Assembly: GCA_902797995.1 (NCBI GenBank)
Contig: CADBUX010000001.1
Span: 687-64,686, forward strand
DNA length: 64,000 nucleotides
DNA from: an uncultured Erysipelotrichaceae bacterium
GTDB lineage: Bacteria > Bacillota_I > Bacilli_A > RF39 > UBA660
Reading direction: 5' to 3'
The translations under genes were made by a program, and so were the position numbers. Below the pieces are notes generated by a model. The model searched no databases. It saw nothing but the letters and a program-made list of their open reading frames with translations, and was not told the DNA's origin. Shown here piece by piece: positions 37,744 through 48,322 of the stretch (positions within the stretch are counted from its first letter, which is position 1; each line of letters opens with the position of its first letter).

Positions 37744-37767
37744 ACTTTGTTCTGTTCCTTTTTTTTT
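37737..37767 (+). terminator. strong intrinsic terminator after rpoC
   Basis: GGAATAGA-CTTTGT-TCTGTTCC stem-loop (one G-U pair) plus T9. It overlaps the TAG stop. Confidence 0.8.
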
Positions 37768-37800
37768 GATTTTAGCTTATAATATTTATAGGTGATTGCA

Positions 37801-38751
37801 ATGAATAAAAAAGTAGTAGTTTTTGGAGGAGGTACAGGAATTAGTTTTCTTCTTCGAGGCCTTAAAAACTTTCCTGTAGATATTACTGCCATCATAACAG
37901 TTTCTGATGATGGTTCCTCTACAGGTAAACTTCGTGAGGAATTTCTAATGCCGGCGATGGGAGACATTAGGAATGCTATTGTTAGTTTATCTGATGCAAA
38001 TGATAAGATAAAAGATCTTTTACAATACAGATTTGATACATATACTGATTTAAATGGCCATCCAATTGGTAATCTAATAATGGTTGCAATGTATAATATG
38101 ACTGGTAGTTTGAAGGAAAGTATAAAAGCTCTTAGTGGTTTTTTAAATGTTCGTCATAAGATTCTTCCTATTTCTGAAGATTACCTTACTCTTGTTGCAG
38201 AAACTGAATCAGGTGAGGTAATACATGGTGAAAGTGAAATTGGTCACTCTGGCAAACGTATTAAGAAATTATATTATGATGAAGATCCTTTGATTGATAA
38301 AGAAGTTATTGAGGAGATTTTGTCTGCGGATTTAATTATTTTTAGTATAGGTAGTTTATTTACTAGTATTATCCCTAATTTATTGTCTTCTGAAGTTATT
38401 GCTGCAATTGATAAAAGTAATGCCAAACTCTTATATACTTGTAATGCGGTTTGTCAAATGGGTGAAACCGAAGACTTTACTGCTGCAGATCATGTTGCTA
38501 CCATTAATAATTATCTTGGAAAAAGAAAGCTAGATGCTGTTATTGTGGCTGATAGTAATTTACCTAAAAATGTACTTGATAAATACATTTCATCAGAAAA
38601 TAAGAAACTTGTAAAATGTGATACTGCTAGATTAAAAGAATTGGGATGTAAAGTTATAAAAGATGATTTACTTGTTATAGAAAACAATTATATTAGACAT
38701 GATAACTTAAAGTTTGCTACGTGTATTTTTAATTATTTAATGAGGTGGTAG
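37801..38751 (+). CDS. YvcK-like gluconeogenesis factor (CofD/UPF0052 family)
   Basis: VVVFGGGTG N-terminus and the CofD-like fold signature. Confidence 0.85.
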   Translation: MNKKVVVFGGGTGISFLLRGLKNFPVDITAIITVSDDGSSTGKLREEFLMPAMGDIRNAIVSLSDANDKIKDLLQYRFDTYTDLNGHPIGNLIMVAMYNMTGSLKESIKALSGFLNVRHKILPISEDYLTLVAETESGEVIHGESEIGHSGKRIKKLYYDEDPLIDKEVIEEILSADLIIFSIGSLFTSIIPNLLSSEVIAAIDKSNAKLLYTCNAVCQMGETEDFTAADHVATINNYLGKRKLDAVIVADSNLPKNVLDKYISSENKKLVKCDTARLKELGCKVIKDDLLVIENNYIRHDNLKFATCIFNYLMRW

Positions 38752-38752
38752 T

Positions 38753-39685
38753 ATGTCTTTTACTACAGAAATAAAAAATGAAATATGTTCAAATGATTAT
38801 TCAAAGTTAGAGAATATATGTCTTCTTTCAGGATTCATCAGGAACAATGCCATTATAGAGGATAATGAGATTATAATTTTATCTGAAAACCTTAAAGTTG
38901 TTAGAAAAGTATTTTCTCTTTTTAAAGAACTTTTTGATGTTAGTCCTAGTTATTCTCAAATAAAGGGTAATAATCTTTCTAAAAAAAGTTATTATAATAT
39001 TTATATCGATGATAAACTTAATCTTATTTTGAGCAGCTTAATGTATTATGATGAAGAAGACAATGTTTTGAAAGTTCCTTCTGAGTATTTTTTAGATGGA
39101 GATGATTTAAAGAGAGCTTATCTAAGAGGTGCATTTCTTGCAAAAGGCAGTATCAATGATCCTAAAAAGAGTAGATATCATTTAGAGTTTTTAGTAGATT
39201 CCTCATCTGAAGCAGGGCTTATAAAAGATTTGCTTAATTATTTTGATTTACATGCTAAAACTATATCTAGAGATAAGGGTTATATGACTTATGTTAAAGA
39301 AGCTGAAAAAATTGGGGATTTTTTAAGACTTGTGTCTGCCAATAATGCTATTTTATATTATGAAGATATCAGAATTTATCGTGATCATAAGAACATGACA
39401 AATCGTCTTAATAATATGGAACAGGCCAATGTTGATAAAAGTATTAATGCTAGTCGTGAACAACTTGAAGATATAAACCTGATTAAGGAAAAAATTGGAC
39501 TTGATGCTGTTGATGATCGAATAAAGGTTGCTATAGAATATAGGGAAAAGTATCCTGAGGTATCTTTATCTGAGTTAAGTGAAATTATTTCTCTGGAGCT
39601 TGATAAAAAAATAACTAAGTCAGGGCTTAGTCATAGGTTTAGAAAAATTCGAGAAATTGCGGATAAATTAAGAAAAAATGATTGA
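38753..39685 (+). CDS. whiA: DNA-binding sporulation/cell-division regulator WhiA
   Basis: 310 aa. Degenerate LAGLIDADG domains (LRGAFLAKGSINDP) plus a C-terminal HTH. Confidence 0.9.
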   Translation: MSFTTEIKNEICSNDYSKLENICLLSGFIRNNAIIEDNEIIILSENLKVVRKVFSLFKELFDVSPSYSQIKGNNLSKKSYYNIYIDDKLNLILSSLMYYDEEDNVLKVPSEYFLDGDDLKRAYLRGAFLAKGSINDPKKSRYHLEFLVDSSSEAGLIKDLLNYFDLHAKTISRDKGYMTYVKEAEKIGDFLRLVSANNAILYYEDIRIYRDHKNMTNRLNNMEQANVDKSINASREQLEDINLIKEKIGLDAVDDRIKVAIEYREKYPEVSLSELSEIISLELDKKITKSGLSHRFRKIREIADKLRKND

Positions 39686-39706
39686 TGTTTAGTCAATCAT
39701 TTTTTT
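39673..39706. terminator. bidirectional terminator shared by the convergent whiA and lipid kinase genes
   Basis: AAAAAATGATTGA-TGTTTAG-TCAATCATTTTTT. Each arm encodes one of the two C-termini and its stop codon. Confidence 0.65.
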
Positions 39707-40624
39707 ATTATTTGTAAATAGTTTTGATATATTTTTCTTTGGTAATAGCATTCTTAAATCTTTATTAATAGTTATTTTATATGTTGTTTGTTCATCTTTT
39801 AGTTTTTCTCCATCAATAGTCCAGTTGTTTTTTATATTTTCTTTAAATTTTATTTCTATTTCATCACTTGTATGACAATATATACCTGGTACATTTGTTA
39901 TACCCGTTCTCATTAATAGCATTAACGTTTTTACTAAATCTTTTTTTCTTGTAATATTACAGAACATTATTTCAAATTGGTTATCGTCTAATTTTACATT
40001 TTTGTATATGTTATTAAATCCTGCGATTCTATTGGCGTTTGATATTAGAATTAATGAATATAATCCGTAATATGTTTCACCATTTACTTTGTATTCAAGT
40101 TCATATAATTTTGTTGTGTGGAAAAACTCTTTTACCCCATTTATAAGATATGCTAAATGTCCAATTTTCTTTTTTAGTTTTCTAGAAGTTTCGTATGGTA
40201 CATTAATAAATTTTCCAAAACCTGCGACGTAGGCAAATGGTTGGTCGTTGATTAATCCTAGGTCTACCTGTCTTATTTCTCCTTCTAGGATTTTTTCCAA
40301 GTTTTTGATTATATTTTTATTTAATCCAAGCATATGACCTAAATCATTTGTTGTTCCTACTGGAATATGAGATAAAACTAGTTTATCTTTTCTTTGATAG
40401 TTACCAGTTACTATTTCATTAAATGTTCCATCTCCTCCGATGGAAAGTACTAAATCTGTGTGTTTTAAGTTTTTCACATATGTTTTGGCGTCTCCACTTT
40501 TTTCTGTGTAGTAAATATTTGTTTTATAATTATATTTTTCTAATTTCTTTACTACTTCTTCTAGTTTTGTTCCTTTAATGCCTTTCCCACTTTCTTTGTT
40601 ACAAATAAGTTCACAGGTTTTCAT
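39689..40624 (-). CDS. diacylglycerol/lipid kinase (DagK/YegS family)
   Basis: GGDGTFNE motif and the DAGK catalytic-domain layout. Confidence 0.85.
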   Translation of the reverse strand: MKTCELICNKESGKGIKGTKLEEVVKKLEKYNYKTNIYYTEKSGDAKTYVKNLKHTDLVLSIGGDGTFNEIVTGNYQRKDKLVLSHIPVGTTNDLGHMLGLNKNIIKNLEKILEGEIRQVDLGLINDQPFAYVAGFGKFINVPYETSRKLKKKIGHLAYLINGVKEFFHTTKLYELEYKVNGETYYGLYSLILISNANRIAGFNNIYKNVKLDDNQFEIMFCNITRKKDLVKTLMLLMRTGITNVPGIYCHTSDEIEIKFKENIKNNWTIDGEKLKDEQTTYKITINKDLRMLLPKKNISKLFTNNKKMID

Positions 40625-40651
40625 AACATCACCATTTTAATTATACATAAT

Positions 40652-41233
40652 TTATTTTTTGTTTTCAATTATTTTATCTATTATGCCATAATTCTTAGCT
40701 TCTTTTGCTGATAAAAAGTAATCTCTTTCTGTATCGAGTTCTATTTTTTCTAGTGTTTGTTCTGTATTTTTTGCAAGTATGTTGTTTAACTTGTTTTTGA
40801 GTTTTAGTATTCTTTCTGCTGCAATTTTTATTTCTGTTGCTTGACCTTGGGCGCCTCCCAGTGGCTGATGAATCATTATTTCTGAATTTGGAAGGGCCAT
40901 TCGTTGTCCTTTTTCTCCACTTGAAAGTAAAAAGGCTGCCATAGATGCTGCCATGCCTATACATATGGTAGAAACTTTGCTTTTGATAAAATTCATAGTA
41001 TCGAAAATTGCCATTCCTGAGGTTATAGAACCACCTGGGGAGTTTATATATAAACTTATATCTTCGTTATTTAGAGAATCTAAATAGAGAAGCTGTGCCA
41101 CTACTATATTGGCAGTATTATCATCTATTTCACCATTTAATATAATTATTCTGTCTTTTAAAAGACGTGAATATATATCGTAACTTCTTTCACCATTTAT
41201 TTCTTTTTCTATTACTGTAGGAACTAGATTCAT
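40652..41233 (-). CDS. clpP: ATP-dependent Clp protease proteolytic subunit
   Basis: MNLVPTVIE start after GGTGA. Catalytic [11 protein letters not shown] Ser and MIHQP His. Confidence 0.95.
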   Translation of the reverse strand: MNLVPTVIEKEINGERSYDIYSRLLKDRIIILNGEIDDNTANIVVAQLLYLDSLNNEDISLYINSPGGSITSGMAIFDTMNFIKSKVSTICIGMAASMAAFLLSSGEKGQRMALPNSEIMIHQPLGGAQGQATEIKIAAERILKLKNKLNNILAKNTEQTLEKIELDTERDYFLSAKEAKNYGIIDKIIENKK

Positions 41234-41337
41234 TTTATCACCATTAATAAAATACGCATAAAAAAATGATAATATTCGTATCAAAAATTTACATTATGTG
41301 ATAAAATAGTAATATAGAATAATAAAGGGTGATATAT

Positions 41338-42987
41338 GTGGCAAAAATAAATGTACTTATAAATAATGAAAAATATGATTTTGATAAGGGAATTACTTTA
41401 TTTGAAATATCTAAAAAGGTTTATAAAGGTAAATTTCCTGTTTTGGCGTGTTATATGGACAATGAAATTCATTCTTTAGATGTTAAGGTTATGAAGAACT
41501 GTTCTATAAAATTTATTAATGTTATGGATTCTGAAGGAAACAGAATATATCAAAAGGCACTTTTGTTTATACTTGTATATTCTTTTAAAGAATTATTTGG
41601 ATATGGTTATAGTGTAAAAGCGTGCCATTCTATTGATAAAGCTATAAAAATGCGTACTAATTTAAAACTTAATAGTATTAGAATAAATGAACTAAAAAAG
41701 AAGATGCGTGAAGTAATTGATGCTGATATGCCTATTAAAAAATGTTTGGTTAGTAGAAAAGAAGCTAGAAAGTATTTTTTAGATATTGGTGATACTGCTA
41801 AGGCTGATACTTTTATTTATAATACTAATCATTATGTTAATCTTTATAAACTTGGTGATATGTATGATTATTATTTCTCTGATATGCCTATATCTACATC
41901 TGTAATAAAGGATTTTGATCTTTTTATGATTGATAACGGATCATTTTTACTTCAATTTCCTTATTTAAATTTCGACGGAAAAATTCCTGAGTATGTTGAT
42001 AGGGAAAAGATTATAAATGCTTTTGATGAAAATTATTCTTTAGCTAAGAAACTTGGTATTTTTAATAGCGCTGATCTTAATATGGCATGTGCTGATGGGA
42101 AAATATCTGATATTATTAAACTTACAGAAACTATTTCTAGTAATAAGCTGCTTGAGCTTGCTAAAGAAATATATAGTAAGCGTAGTACTTTGAAGATTGT
42201 TTTAATAGCAGGTCCTTCTTCAAGTGGTAAAACAACTACTGCTAAAAAGCTTGCTATGTTTCTTAAAAGTTTTGGCATGAATCCTAAATCATTGTCAATA
42301 GATGATTACTTTTTAAATAGAGAAGATACTCCAAAGCTTGAAAATGGTGAATATGACTATGAATCTATTAGTGCAATAAATATTGATCTGTTTAATGATC
42401 ATTTAACAAGACTTATTAATGGTGAAGAGGTTTCTATACCAACATATAATTTTATTAAGGGCAAGGGAGAATATCTTGGAAATAGAATAATGCTAAATAA
42501 TGACGATATCTTGATTATTGAAGGACTTCATGCGGTTAATGAAGATCTTACTAAGGCTGTTGCTAAAGATAGAAAATATAAAGTTTATATATCTCCGCTT
42601 TCTGATTTAAATATAGATAATCATAATATGATTTCTAATAGTGATGTTAGACTGCTTCGTAGAATAGTTAGAGATAATAGAACACGTGGATATAGTGCAG
42701 AGGACACTATTAAAACTTGGGACTCTGTTAGAGATGGTGAAGAAAAATATATTTTTCCATATCAAGGTGATGTTAATTATGTTTATAATTCTTCATTAAT
42801 ATATGAAATTGGTGTTTTGAAACTTTATGCTGAACCTTTACTTTATGGCATTGATAATACTTCAGTTTATTATGAAGAAGTTATTAGACTTTTAAACTTT
42901 TTAAATATGTTTGTAGGTATTCCAACAGATGAGATACCTAATGATTCTATACTTAGAGAATTTATTGGTGGAAGTTATTTTGAATAA
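41338..42987 (+). CDS. uridine kinase/phosphoribulokinase-family P-loop kinase with a ThrRS-like TGS N-terminal region
   Basis: Ubiquitin-like TGS start (INVLINNEKYDFDKGITLFEISKKV), Walker A AGPSSSGKTTTAKKL. Confidence 0.65.
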   Translation: MAKINVLINNEKYDFDKGITLFEISKKVYKGKFPVLACYMDNEIHSLDVKVMKNCSIKFINVMDSEGNRIYQKALLFILVYSFKELFGYGYSVKACHSIDKAIKMRTNLKLNSIRINELKKKMREVIDADMPIKKCLVSRKEARKYFLDIGDTAKADTFIYNTNHYVNLYKLGDMYDYYFSDMPISTSVIKDFDLFMIDNGSFLLQFPYLNFDGKIPEYVDREKIINAFDENYSLAKKLGIFNSADLNMACADGKISDIIKLTETISSNKLLELAKEIYSKRSTLKIVLIAGPSSSGKTTTAKKLAMFLKSFGMNPKSLSIDDYFLNREDTPKLENGEYDYESISAINIDLFNDHLTRLINGEEVSIPTYNFIKGKGEYLGNRIMLNNDDILIIEGLHAVNEDLTKAVAKDRKYKVYISPLSDLNIDNHNMISNSDVRLLRRIVRDNRTRGYSAEDTIKTWDSVRDGEEKYIFPYQGDVNYVYNSSLIYEIGVLKLYAEPLLYGIDNTSVYYEEVIRLLNFLNMFVGIPTDEIPNDSILREFIGGSYFE

Positions 42988-42998
42988 GGAGGAGTTTT

Positions 42999-44000
42999 AT
43001 GAGAGTTGCAATTAATGGATTTGGGAGAATAGGAAGACTTGTTTTTAGGATAATGAATGAAAGTGATGAGTTTGATATCGTTGCTGTAAATAGTTCTAAA
43101 GATGCGGAACATCTTACTTATTTACTTAAATATGATACTTGTCATAGGAGATACTTAGATGAAGAAGTTAGTCATGATGAAAGTCATATAATTGTGGGTA
43201 ATAAAAAAACATTAGTAATTTCGGAAGCTGATCCTGAAAAACTTCCTTGGAAAGATCTTGATATAGATATGGTATTTGAATGTACTGGTAAGTTTACTAG
43301 TGAAGAAGATGCTAATAAACATATAGTGGCTGGTGCTAAGAAGGTTATTATAAGTGCTCCAAGTAAAGGAAATGTTAAAACAATAGTGTATGGTGTTAAT
43401 GAAAATATTTTAATAGGTGATGAAAAAATTATTAGTGCTGCAAGCTGTACTACGAATTGTTTGGCACCAATACTAAAAGTAGTTAATGATAATTTTGGTA
43501 TTAGAAGAGGTTTCATGACTACTGTTCATGCTTATACAAATGATCAAAATACTTTAGATGGTTCTCATAAAAAAGGTATTAGATCAAGAAGGGGTAGGGC
43601 TGCTGCTGAAAATATCGTTCCAACATCAACAGGGGCTGCTGATGCAATTGGTAAGGTTATTCCAGAACTTGATGGTAAGATGAAGGGATCTGCAATGAGA
43701 GTACCTGTTGCGGATGGTTCCGTAATTGACTTAGTTCTTGAACTTGAACGTAATGTAAATGTTCCAATAATTAATAATATATTTAAGGCTGCAGAGAGTG
43801 AAGTTCTTGGAGTTACTGAAGATCCAATTGTATCAAGTGATGTTATTGGAGATACTCATGGAGGTATTGTTGATTTAGAGCTTACTGATGTTTTAGAAGT
43901 AAATGGTGAAAAACTTGTTAAAATAATTGGTTGGTATGATAATGAAATGGGTTATTCATATCAAATGGTAAGGACTGCTAAATATTTTGGAAATTTGTAA
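42999..44000 (+). CDS. gap: type I glyceraldehyde-3-phosphate dehydrogenase
   Basis: INGFGRIGR and the catalytic ASCTTNCLAP. Confidence 0.95.
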   Translation: MRVAINGFGRIGRLVFRIMNESDEFDIVAVNSSKDAEHLTYLLKYDTCHRRYLDEEVSHDESHIIVGNKKTLVISEADPEKLPWKDLDIDMVFECTGKFTSEEDANKHIVAGAKKVIISAPSKGNVKTIVYGVNENILIGDEKIISAASCTTNCLAPILKVVNDNFGIRRGFMTTVHAYTNDQNTLDGSHKKGIRSRRGRAAAENIVPTSTGAADAIGKVIPELDGKMKGSAMRVPVADGSVIDLVLELERNVNVPIINNIFKAAESEVLGVTEDPIVSSDVIGDTHGGIVDLELTDVLEVNGEKLVKIIGWYDNEMGYSYQMVRTAKYFGNL

Positions 44001-44005
44001 AAAAA

Positions 44006-44035
44006 AACAAAAGTAATTGTTACTTTTGTTTTTTT
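44006..44035. terminator. bidirectional terminator between gap and the FemAB-family gene
   Basis: AACAAAAGTAA-TTG-TTACTTTTGTT perfect 11-bp stem flanked by A and T runs. Confidence 0.75.
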
Positions 44036-45300
44036 GACTCATTATGTGATTTTTTCATGGCTTTTTTACCTAGTCTACTTTTTTTGTGAATATTATATAT
44101 AGTATTGTTTATTACTAAATCAAATTCTCCAATGTATTCAGTTACTTCAGCTCCAAAGCCTAATTTCATTTCATTTAGTCCTTGAAATTTATTATTGTTT
44201 GCAAAGTATCCAGTGATAGCATTTAAATCGAAATATACTGCTCCAAGCTTTGCATATTTTTCTATAATGGCCCATTTTGTTAAAAAGGTTGGATAATATA
44301 GTTTATAGGCATTGTTTTGACCTTCAATAACTAATGATACTCCATGCTTTTCAACAATGACTGCACAGGCACTTATAATTATACCTTGTGGATTCTTTGT
44401 AAAATATTCTGATGCAGTTTCTAATTCTTTTTTATAAATCGCTAAAACTTTGTCTGAAGTTATTTTTGAATTTGTTAGTTTTGTACTTATTTTATTTTGA
44501 AGACCTGCGTTTCTTATTTCATCGTTTAATTCTTCATTCTTTTGTAATTCTTTTTCGTATATTTGCTTGATGTTTGTTAAATACTTTTCAGTATTTAGTC
44601 TTGCAAAATATAGTTCGAAATTATCTCCAAAACTTTCTGCGAATTTTTTATAATAATCTAACTTTCTGTAGTGCTTTTTTGCTACAAATTTATAAAATGT
44701 TTCTATATCACCATGGTTACCTTGCAATATTTCTACTCCTCTTGACTGTGCTTTTCTTATTTTGTTTTTAACACTAGGATCAAAATGTTTAAATACTGTT
44801 TCAGATGATCCTGTAACCTTAAGAATTGCATTCCATCTTGGTTTTAATGTTCCGAAGAATTTATTATCTCCAAAATAACGATATCCTATTTTTTGAAGAA
44901 ATGGTATTAAATCATTTGTATATGGACTTTTTAAAATGTTACCTTCTTTATCTCTTTTGTTACTAACCACTGGTGGGTCTATTTTTAAGAATATAATACT
45001 ATTTCTTGCAAGGAATTTTTTCATGTTTTCAGTAATTTCAATTATTAGATCTTTGTTATCGTAATCAGTTAAAAATCCTCTTGGAGCATAAGCGTATTTA
45101 AATCCTAAAAATAATTTTTGTACTAATATTAGTGTAGCTCCAATTAACATATTTTGATCATTTAGAAAGCCGTAGTATTGTGGGATGAATCCTTCGCTAC
45201 TCATTAGGTTTCCATAATTTGATGATTGGTAGTATGTATGGAGTGGGTGGTTAAGTGAAAAGTTGTCAAATTGTTCAGGACTTAAATTTACTATTTTCAA
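44020..45300 (-). CDS. FemAB-family peptidoglycan interpeptide-bridge aminoacyltransferase
   Basis: 426 aa. Two GNAT-like lobes separated by a coiled-coil insertion (KQIYEKELQKNEELNDEIRN). Confidence 0.75.
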   Translation of the reverse strand: MKIVNLSPEQFDNFSLNHPLHTYYQSSNYGNLMSSEGFIPQYYGFLNDQNMLIGATLILVQKLFLGFKYAYAPRGFLTDYDNKDLIIEITENMKKFLARNSIIFLKIDPPVVSNKRDKEGNILKSPYTNDLIPFLQKIGYRYFGDNKFFGTLKPRWNAILKVTGSSETVFKHFDPSVKNKIRKAQSRGVEILQGNHGDIETFYKFVAKKHYRKLDYYKKFAESFGDNFELYFARLNTEKYLTNIKQIYEKELQKNEELNDEIRNAGLQNKISTKLTNSKITSDKVLAIYKKELETASEYFTKNPQGIIISACAVIVEKHGVSLVIEGQNNAYKLYYPTFLTKWAIIEKYAKLGAVYFDLNAITGYFANNNKFQGLNEMKLGFGAEVTEYIGEFDLVINNTIYNIHKKSRLGKKAMKKSHNESKKQK

Positions 45301-45417
45301 GTTTGTCCCCTCCTTTTTTTATTCTATATATATGATATCTTTTTTTTGTTAAAAAATCAATAAAAAGTTTGATTGTAGTTTAAATTATTATATAATTATA
45401 GTGTAGAGGTGATAGTT

Positions 45418-46635
45418 TTGATAAAAGATATAATTGCAAGGGAAATACTAGATTCGAGGGGCAATCCTACGGTAGAAGTTGATTGTATTTTAGAAAATGG
45501 TATTATGGGACGTGCTAGTGTTCCTAGTGGCGCTTCAACAGGAAGAAATGAAGCACTTGAGCTTCGTGATGGTGATGATAGATATTTGGGTCTTGGTGTT
45601 TTAAAAGCTGTCTGTAATGTTAATAGTGTTATAAAGCCTGCTTTAGTTGGTAAATCAGTGGATGATATTTCTTTTATTGATAAATTGATGATAGAACTTG
45701 ATGGAACAGATAATAAAAGCAGGCTTGGAGCAAATGCTATTTTGGGAGTTAGTCTTGCTTGTTTAAAGGCTGCTGCTATATCTAAAGGTAAACATTTATT
45801 TGAATATATTGGTAATGGAAAAGAACTTCCTTATGCTATGATGAATATTTTAAATGGTGGAGTACATGCAGATAACAATTTAGATTTTCAGGAATTTATG
45901 ATTATTCCTAAAGCTAGTACTATAAAAGAACGTATAAGGATTGGTAGCGAAGTTTTTCATACTTTAAAGAAAATATTAAAAGAAAAAGGATATCATACAG
46001 GTGTTGGTGATGAAGGAGGTTTCGCCCCAGACCTTAATGGTAATTATGAAGCACTGGATTTAATATGCAAAGCAATAGAAAAAGCTGGTTATGCTCTTGG
46101 TGAGGATGTAGCTTTATCACTTGACGTTGCAGCTTCTGAATTATATAAAGATGGTAAATATTTGATTGATGGAAAAACTTATACTTCTAATGAACTTATT
46201 TCTTATTACGAAGATTTGGTTAATAAATATCCAATTGTTTCTATTGAAGATCCTGTTTGGGAAGGCGACTTTGAAGGATTTAAAAAACTTACTGATTTGA
46301 TTGGTGATAGAGTGCAACTTGTTGGTGATGATTTGTTTGTTACAAATATTAAGTATTTAGAAAAAGGAGCTTCTATAGGGGCAGGAAATGCAATACTTTT
46401 AAAAGCTAATCAAATAGGTACTATTAGTGAAATGATTGATACTATTAATTTTGCTAAGGAACATGGTTATAAAACAATTATTTCACATAGAAGTGGTGAA
46501 ACTGATGATACATTTATTGCTCATTTTGCTGTAGGACTAAACCTTGGACAAATTAAGACAGGTTCTATGTCTAGAATGGATCGTATTTGCAAATATAATG
46601 AACTTATAAGAATTGAAGAATATTTAAATAAATAG
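45418..46635 (+). CDS. eno: enolase (phosphopyruvate hydratase)
   Basis: TTG 45418 after [34 protein letters not shown]. 405 aa, which is slightly short for the family. Confidence 0.93.
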   Translation: MIKDIIAREILDSRGNPTVEVDCILENGIMGRASVPSGASTGRNEALELRDGDDRYLGLGVLKAVCNVNSVIKPALVGKSVDDISFIDKLMIELDGTDNKSRLGANAILGVSLACLKAAAISKGKHLFEYIGNGKELPYAMMNILNGGVHADNNLDFQEFMIIPKASTIKERIRIGSEVFHTLKKILKEKGYHTGVGDEGGFAPDLNGNYEALDLICKAIEKAGYALGEDVALSLDVAASELYKDGKYLIDGKTYTSNELISYYEDLVNKYPIVSIEDPVWEGDFEGFKKLTDLIGDRVQLVGDDLFVTNIKYLEKGASIGAGNAILLKANQIGTISEMIDTINFAKEHGYKTIISHRSGETDDTFIAHFAVGLNLGQIKTGSMSRMDRICKYNELIRIEEYLNK

Positions 46636-46693
46636 TCGAAGAATTAAGATAATATTTTGTTTTTGAATAAGTATACTTTTATAGGTGATTATC

Positions 46694-47650
46694 TTGAACG
46701 AAATATTATTTTTATTTTTTGCTTTTTTTACAGTATTTCTTAGTATAAAACTTTCTTATTACGTTGATTACTTAAGTAAACATTCTAAAGTGAGTGGTGC
46801 TTTTCTTGCGGGAATTGTTCTTGCAGGTGTTACGTCTTTGCCTGAATGTGTTACCTGTTTTAGTGCTATTTTTGTTGATAATAACCTACTTGCGGTTGGG
46901 GATATTTTAGGGAGTAATATTTTTAATATTTTTATGATTTGTTTTTTTGATTTAGTTTTTATTAAAAAAATGATGTTTTCTAAAACTAATAAATCTCATA
47001 ATCTAATATTTGTTTTGTTACTTATTAATTATTTAGTTTTATATTTGTTTGTTAATAAACTGTCATTTATCTCATTTTCTTATGTGGGTTTTCCTACTTT
47101 AGTTATTATTGTTTCTTATTTTTATTATCTATTTAGAGTTTCTAAATCTAGTAGTGATACAGTAAAGATAAATGATAGTTCCTGTGATTATGTTGTTTTA
47201 AAACTTATTGTTACTGCGGTTTTTATGGTGTTTTGTAGTGTGACGTTAACAATAATTGTTAATAACTTAGCAAAACTTCATCCTTATTTTTCTAGTAGTT
47301 TTTTAGGGGCAATATTTTTGGGGATTACTACTTCTTTACCTGAGGTTATTACTTGTTATGCTTTAATTAATATGGATAGTTATGATTTGGCGCTTGATGA
47401 TATAATTGGTAGTAATTTATTTAATCTTATGATACTTGCTCTTGGAGACCTATTTATTAGGGATGCTTCAATTTATTTTTTTGCTGATAATGGTGTTATT
47501 GTTTTGATAGTTCTTGGACTTTTATTTACTTTAATGTGTTTTTTAAGTAATAATTTTAGAAATAGGTTTTTTGATAAAACATATGGCGTCTTTTCTTTAT
47601 TAATTGTTATTATGTATTTAGGATACTGGATTATAAATTTTCTTGGCTAA
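46694..47650 (+). CDS. Ca2+/cation antiporter (CaCA, YrbG-like sodium/calcium exchanger family)
   Basis: Two alpha-repeats, GDILGSNIFNIF and DDIIGSNLFNLMILALGD. TTG 46694 follows AGGTGA; the tracked GTG 46685 overlaps the RBS. Confidence 0.8.
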   Translation: MNEILFLFFAFFTVFLSIKLSYYVDYLSKHSKVSGAFLAGIVLAGVTSLPECVTCFSAIFVDNNLLAVGDILGSNIFNIFMICFFDLVFIKKMMFSKTNKSHNLIFVLLLINYLVLYLFVNKLSFISFSYVGFPTLVIIVSYFYYLFRVSKSSSDTVKINDSSCDYVVLKLIVTAVFMVFCSVTLTIIVNNLAKLHPYFSSSFLGAIFLGITTSLPEVITCYALINMDSYDLALDDIIGSNLFNLMILALGDLFIRDASIYFFADNGVIVLIVLGLLFTLMCFLSNNFRNRFFDKTYGVFSLLIVIMYLGYWIINFLG

Positions 47651-47714
47651 ATTTAGTTGCGTTTTAATTTTGTTTGTGTTATAATAACGCTTTGTGTGAA
47701 AGGGTGAAAGGAAT

Positions 47715-48182
47715 ATGAAAAACGTTAATAATAGTAATTGGAGATTAGAAAGAGCAAAGAAAATAGTAGAATTAATACATACTGGTATTGAGAATGAAGA
47801 TGGGGATATAAGAAAGTTTAATATTTTAGATTATTATATGATTATTAATATTTCTCCAAAAGCATTGTATGAGGGAACAGTTGCTGATTTAAGAGCGGAA
47901 TATAGTGAGTCAGAGGTAAATAAGTTTCGTTCATTTGTGTTAAAAAGTATGAGTGATAACAAGCTTACCGTTAAAGCAATTATGGAAGTTAAACATTCTG
48001 TAAAGGTTAACGATGAATTAAGGGAAATTACAGATTTTGAAAAGAAAGGTGTAATTGGATACTTGAAATCTAATAAATTACCTTTAACTTCTGATACATA
48101 CGCTATTGCGTTAAAGAGTTACTTAGATGGAGAACTTATTTTAGAAAATAATTTAGAAAAAAGTAAAACACTTGTTAAATAA
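47715..48182 (+). CDS. hypothetical protein, 155 aa
   Basis: Clean ORF with its own extended -10 (TGtTATAAT at 47677-47685) and a GGGTGAAAGG RBS. No family recognised. Confidence 0.5.
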   Translation: MKNVNNSNWRLERAKKIVELIHTGIENEDGDIRKFNILDYYMIINISPKALYEGTVADLRAEYSESEVNKFRSFVLKSMSDNKLTVKAIMEVKHSVKVNDELREITDFEKKGVIGYLKSNKLPLTSDTYAIALKSYLDGELILENNLEKSKTLVK

Positions 48183-48219
48183 AATAAGTGTTTTTTAATA
48201 AAAAAATCATAAAAAATGC

Positions 48220-48248
48220 TTGATTTTAATATAATATTGTGGTATTAT
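48220..48248 (+). promoter_or_regulatory. S10 operon promoter (TTGATT, 17-nt spacer, TGgTATTAT)
   Basis: Hexamers read at 48220-48225 and 48243-48248. Confidence 0.55.
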
Positions 48249-48282
48249 TTTGATGTTATGACTGCTGTGATGTGCGAGGTTG

Positions 48283-48322
48283 CCGATACACCAGGCGTAG
48301 TTGTTAGTGTTATCGGGTTTTT
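48283..48322 (+). ncRNA. S10-operon leader hairpin with U tract (candidate attenuator)
   Basis: CCGATACAC ... GTGTTATCGG stem followed by GTTTTT, inside a locally GC-rich ~120-nt leader. Confidence 0.45.

Noticed and set aside
45418-46635. Enolase being ~25 aa shorter than typical, as a sign of a pseudogene.
   Set aside because: The frame is intact from a good RBS to the stop. All catalytic blocks that I could check by eye ([22 protein letters not shown]) are present. It is more likely loop shortening in a reduced genome.
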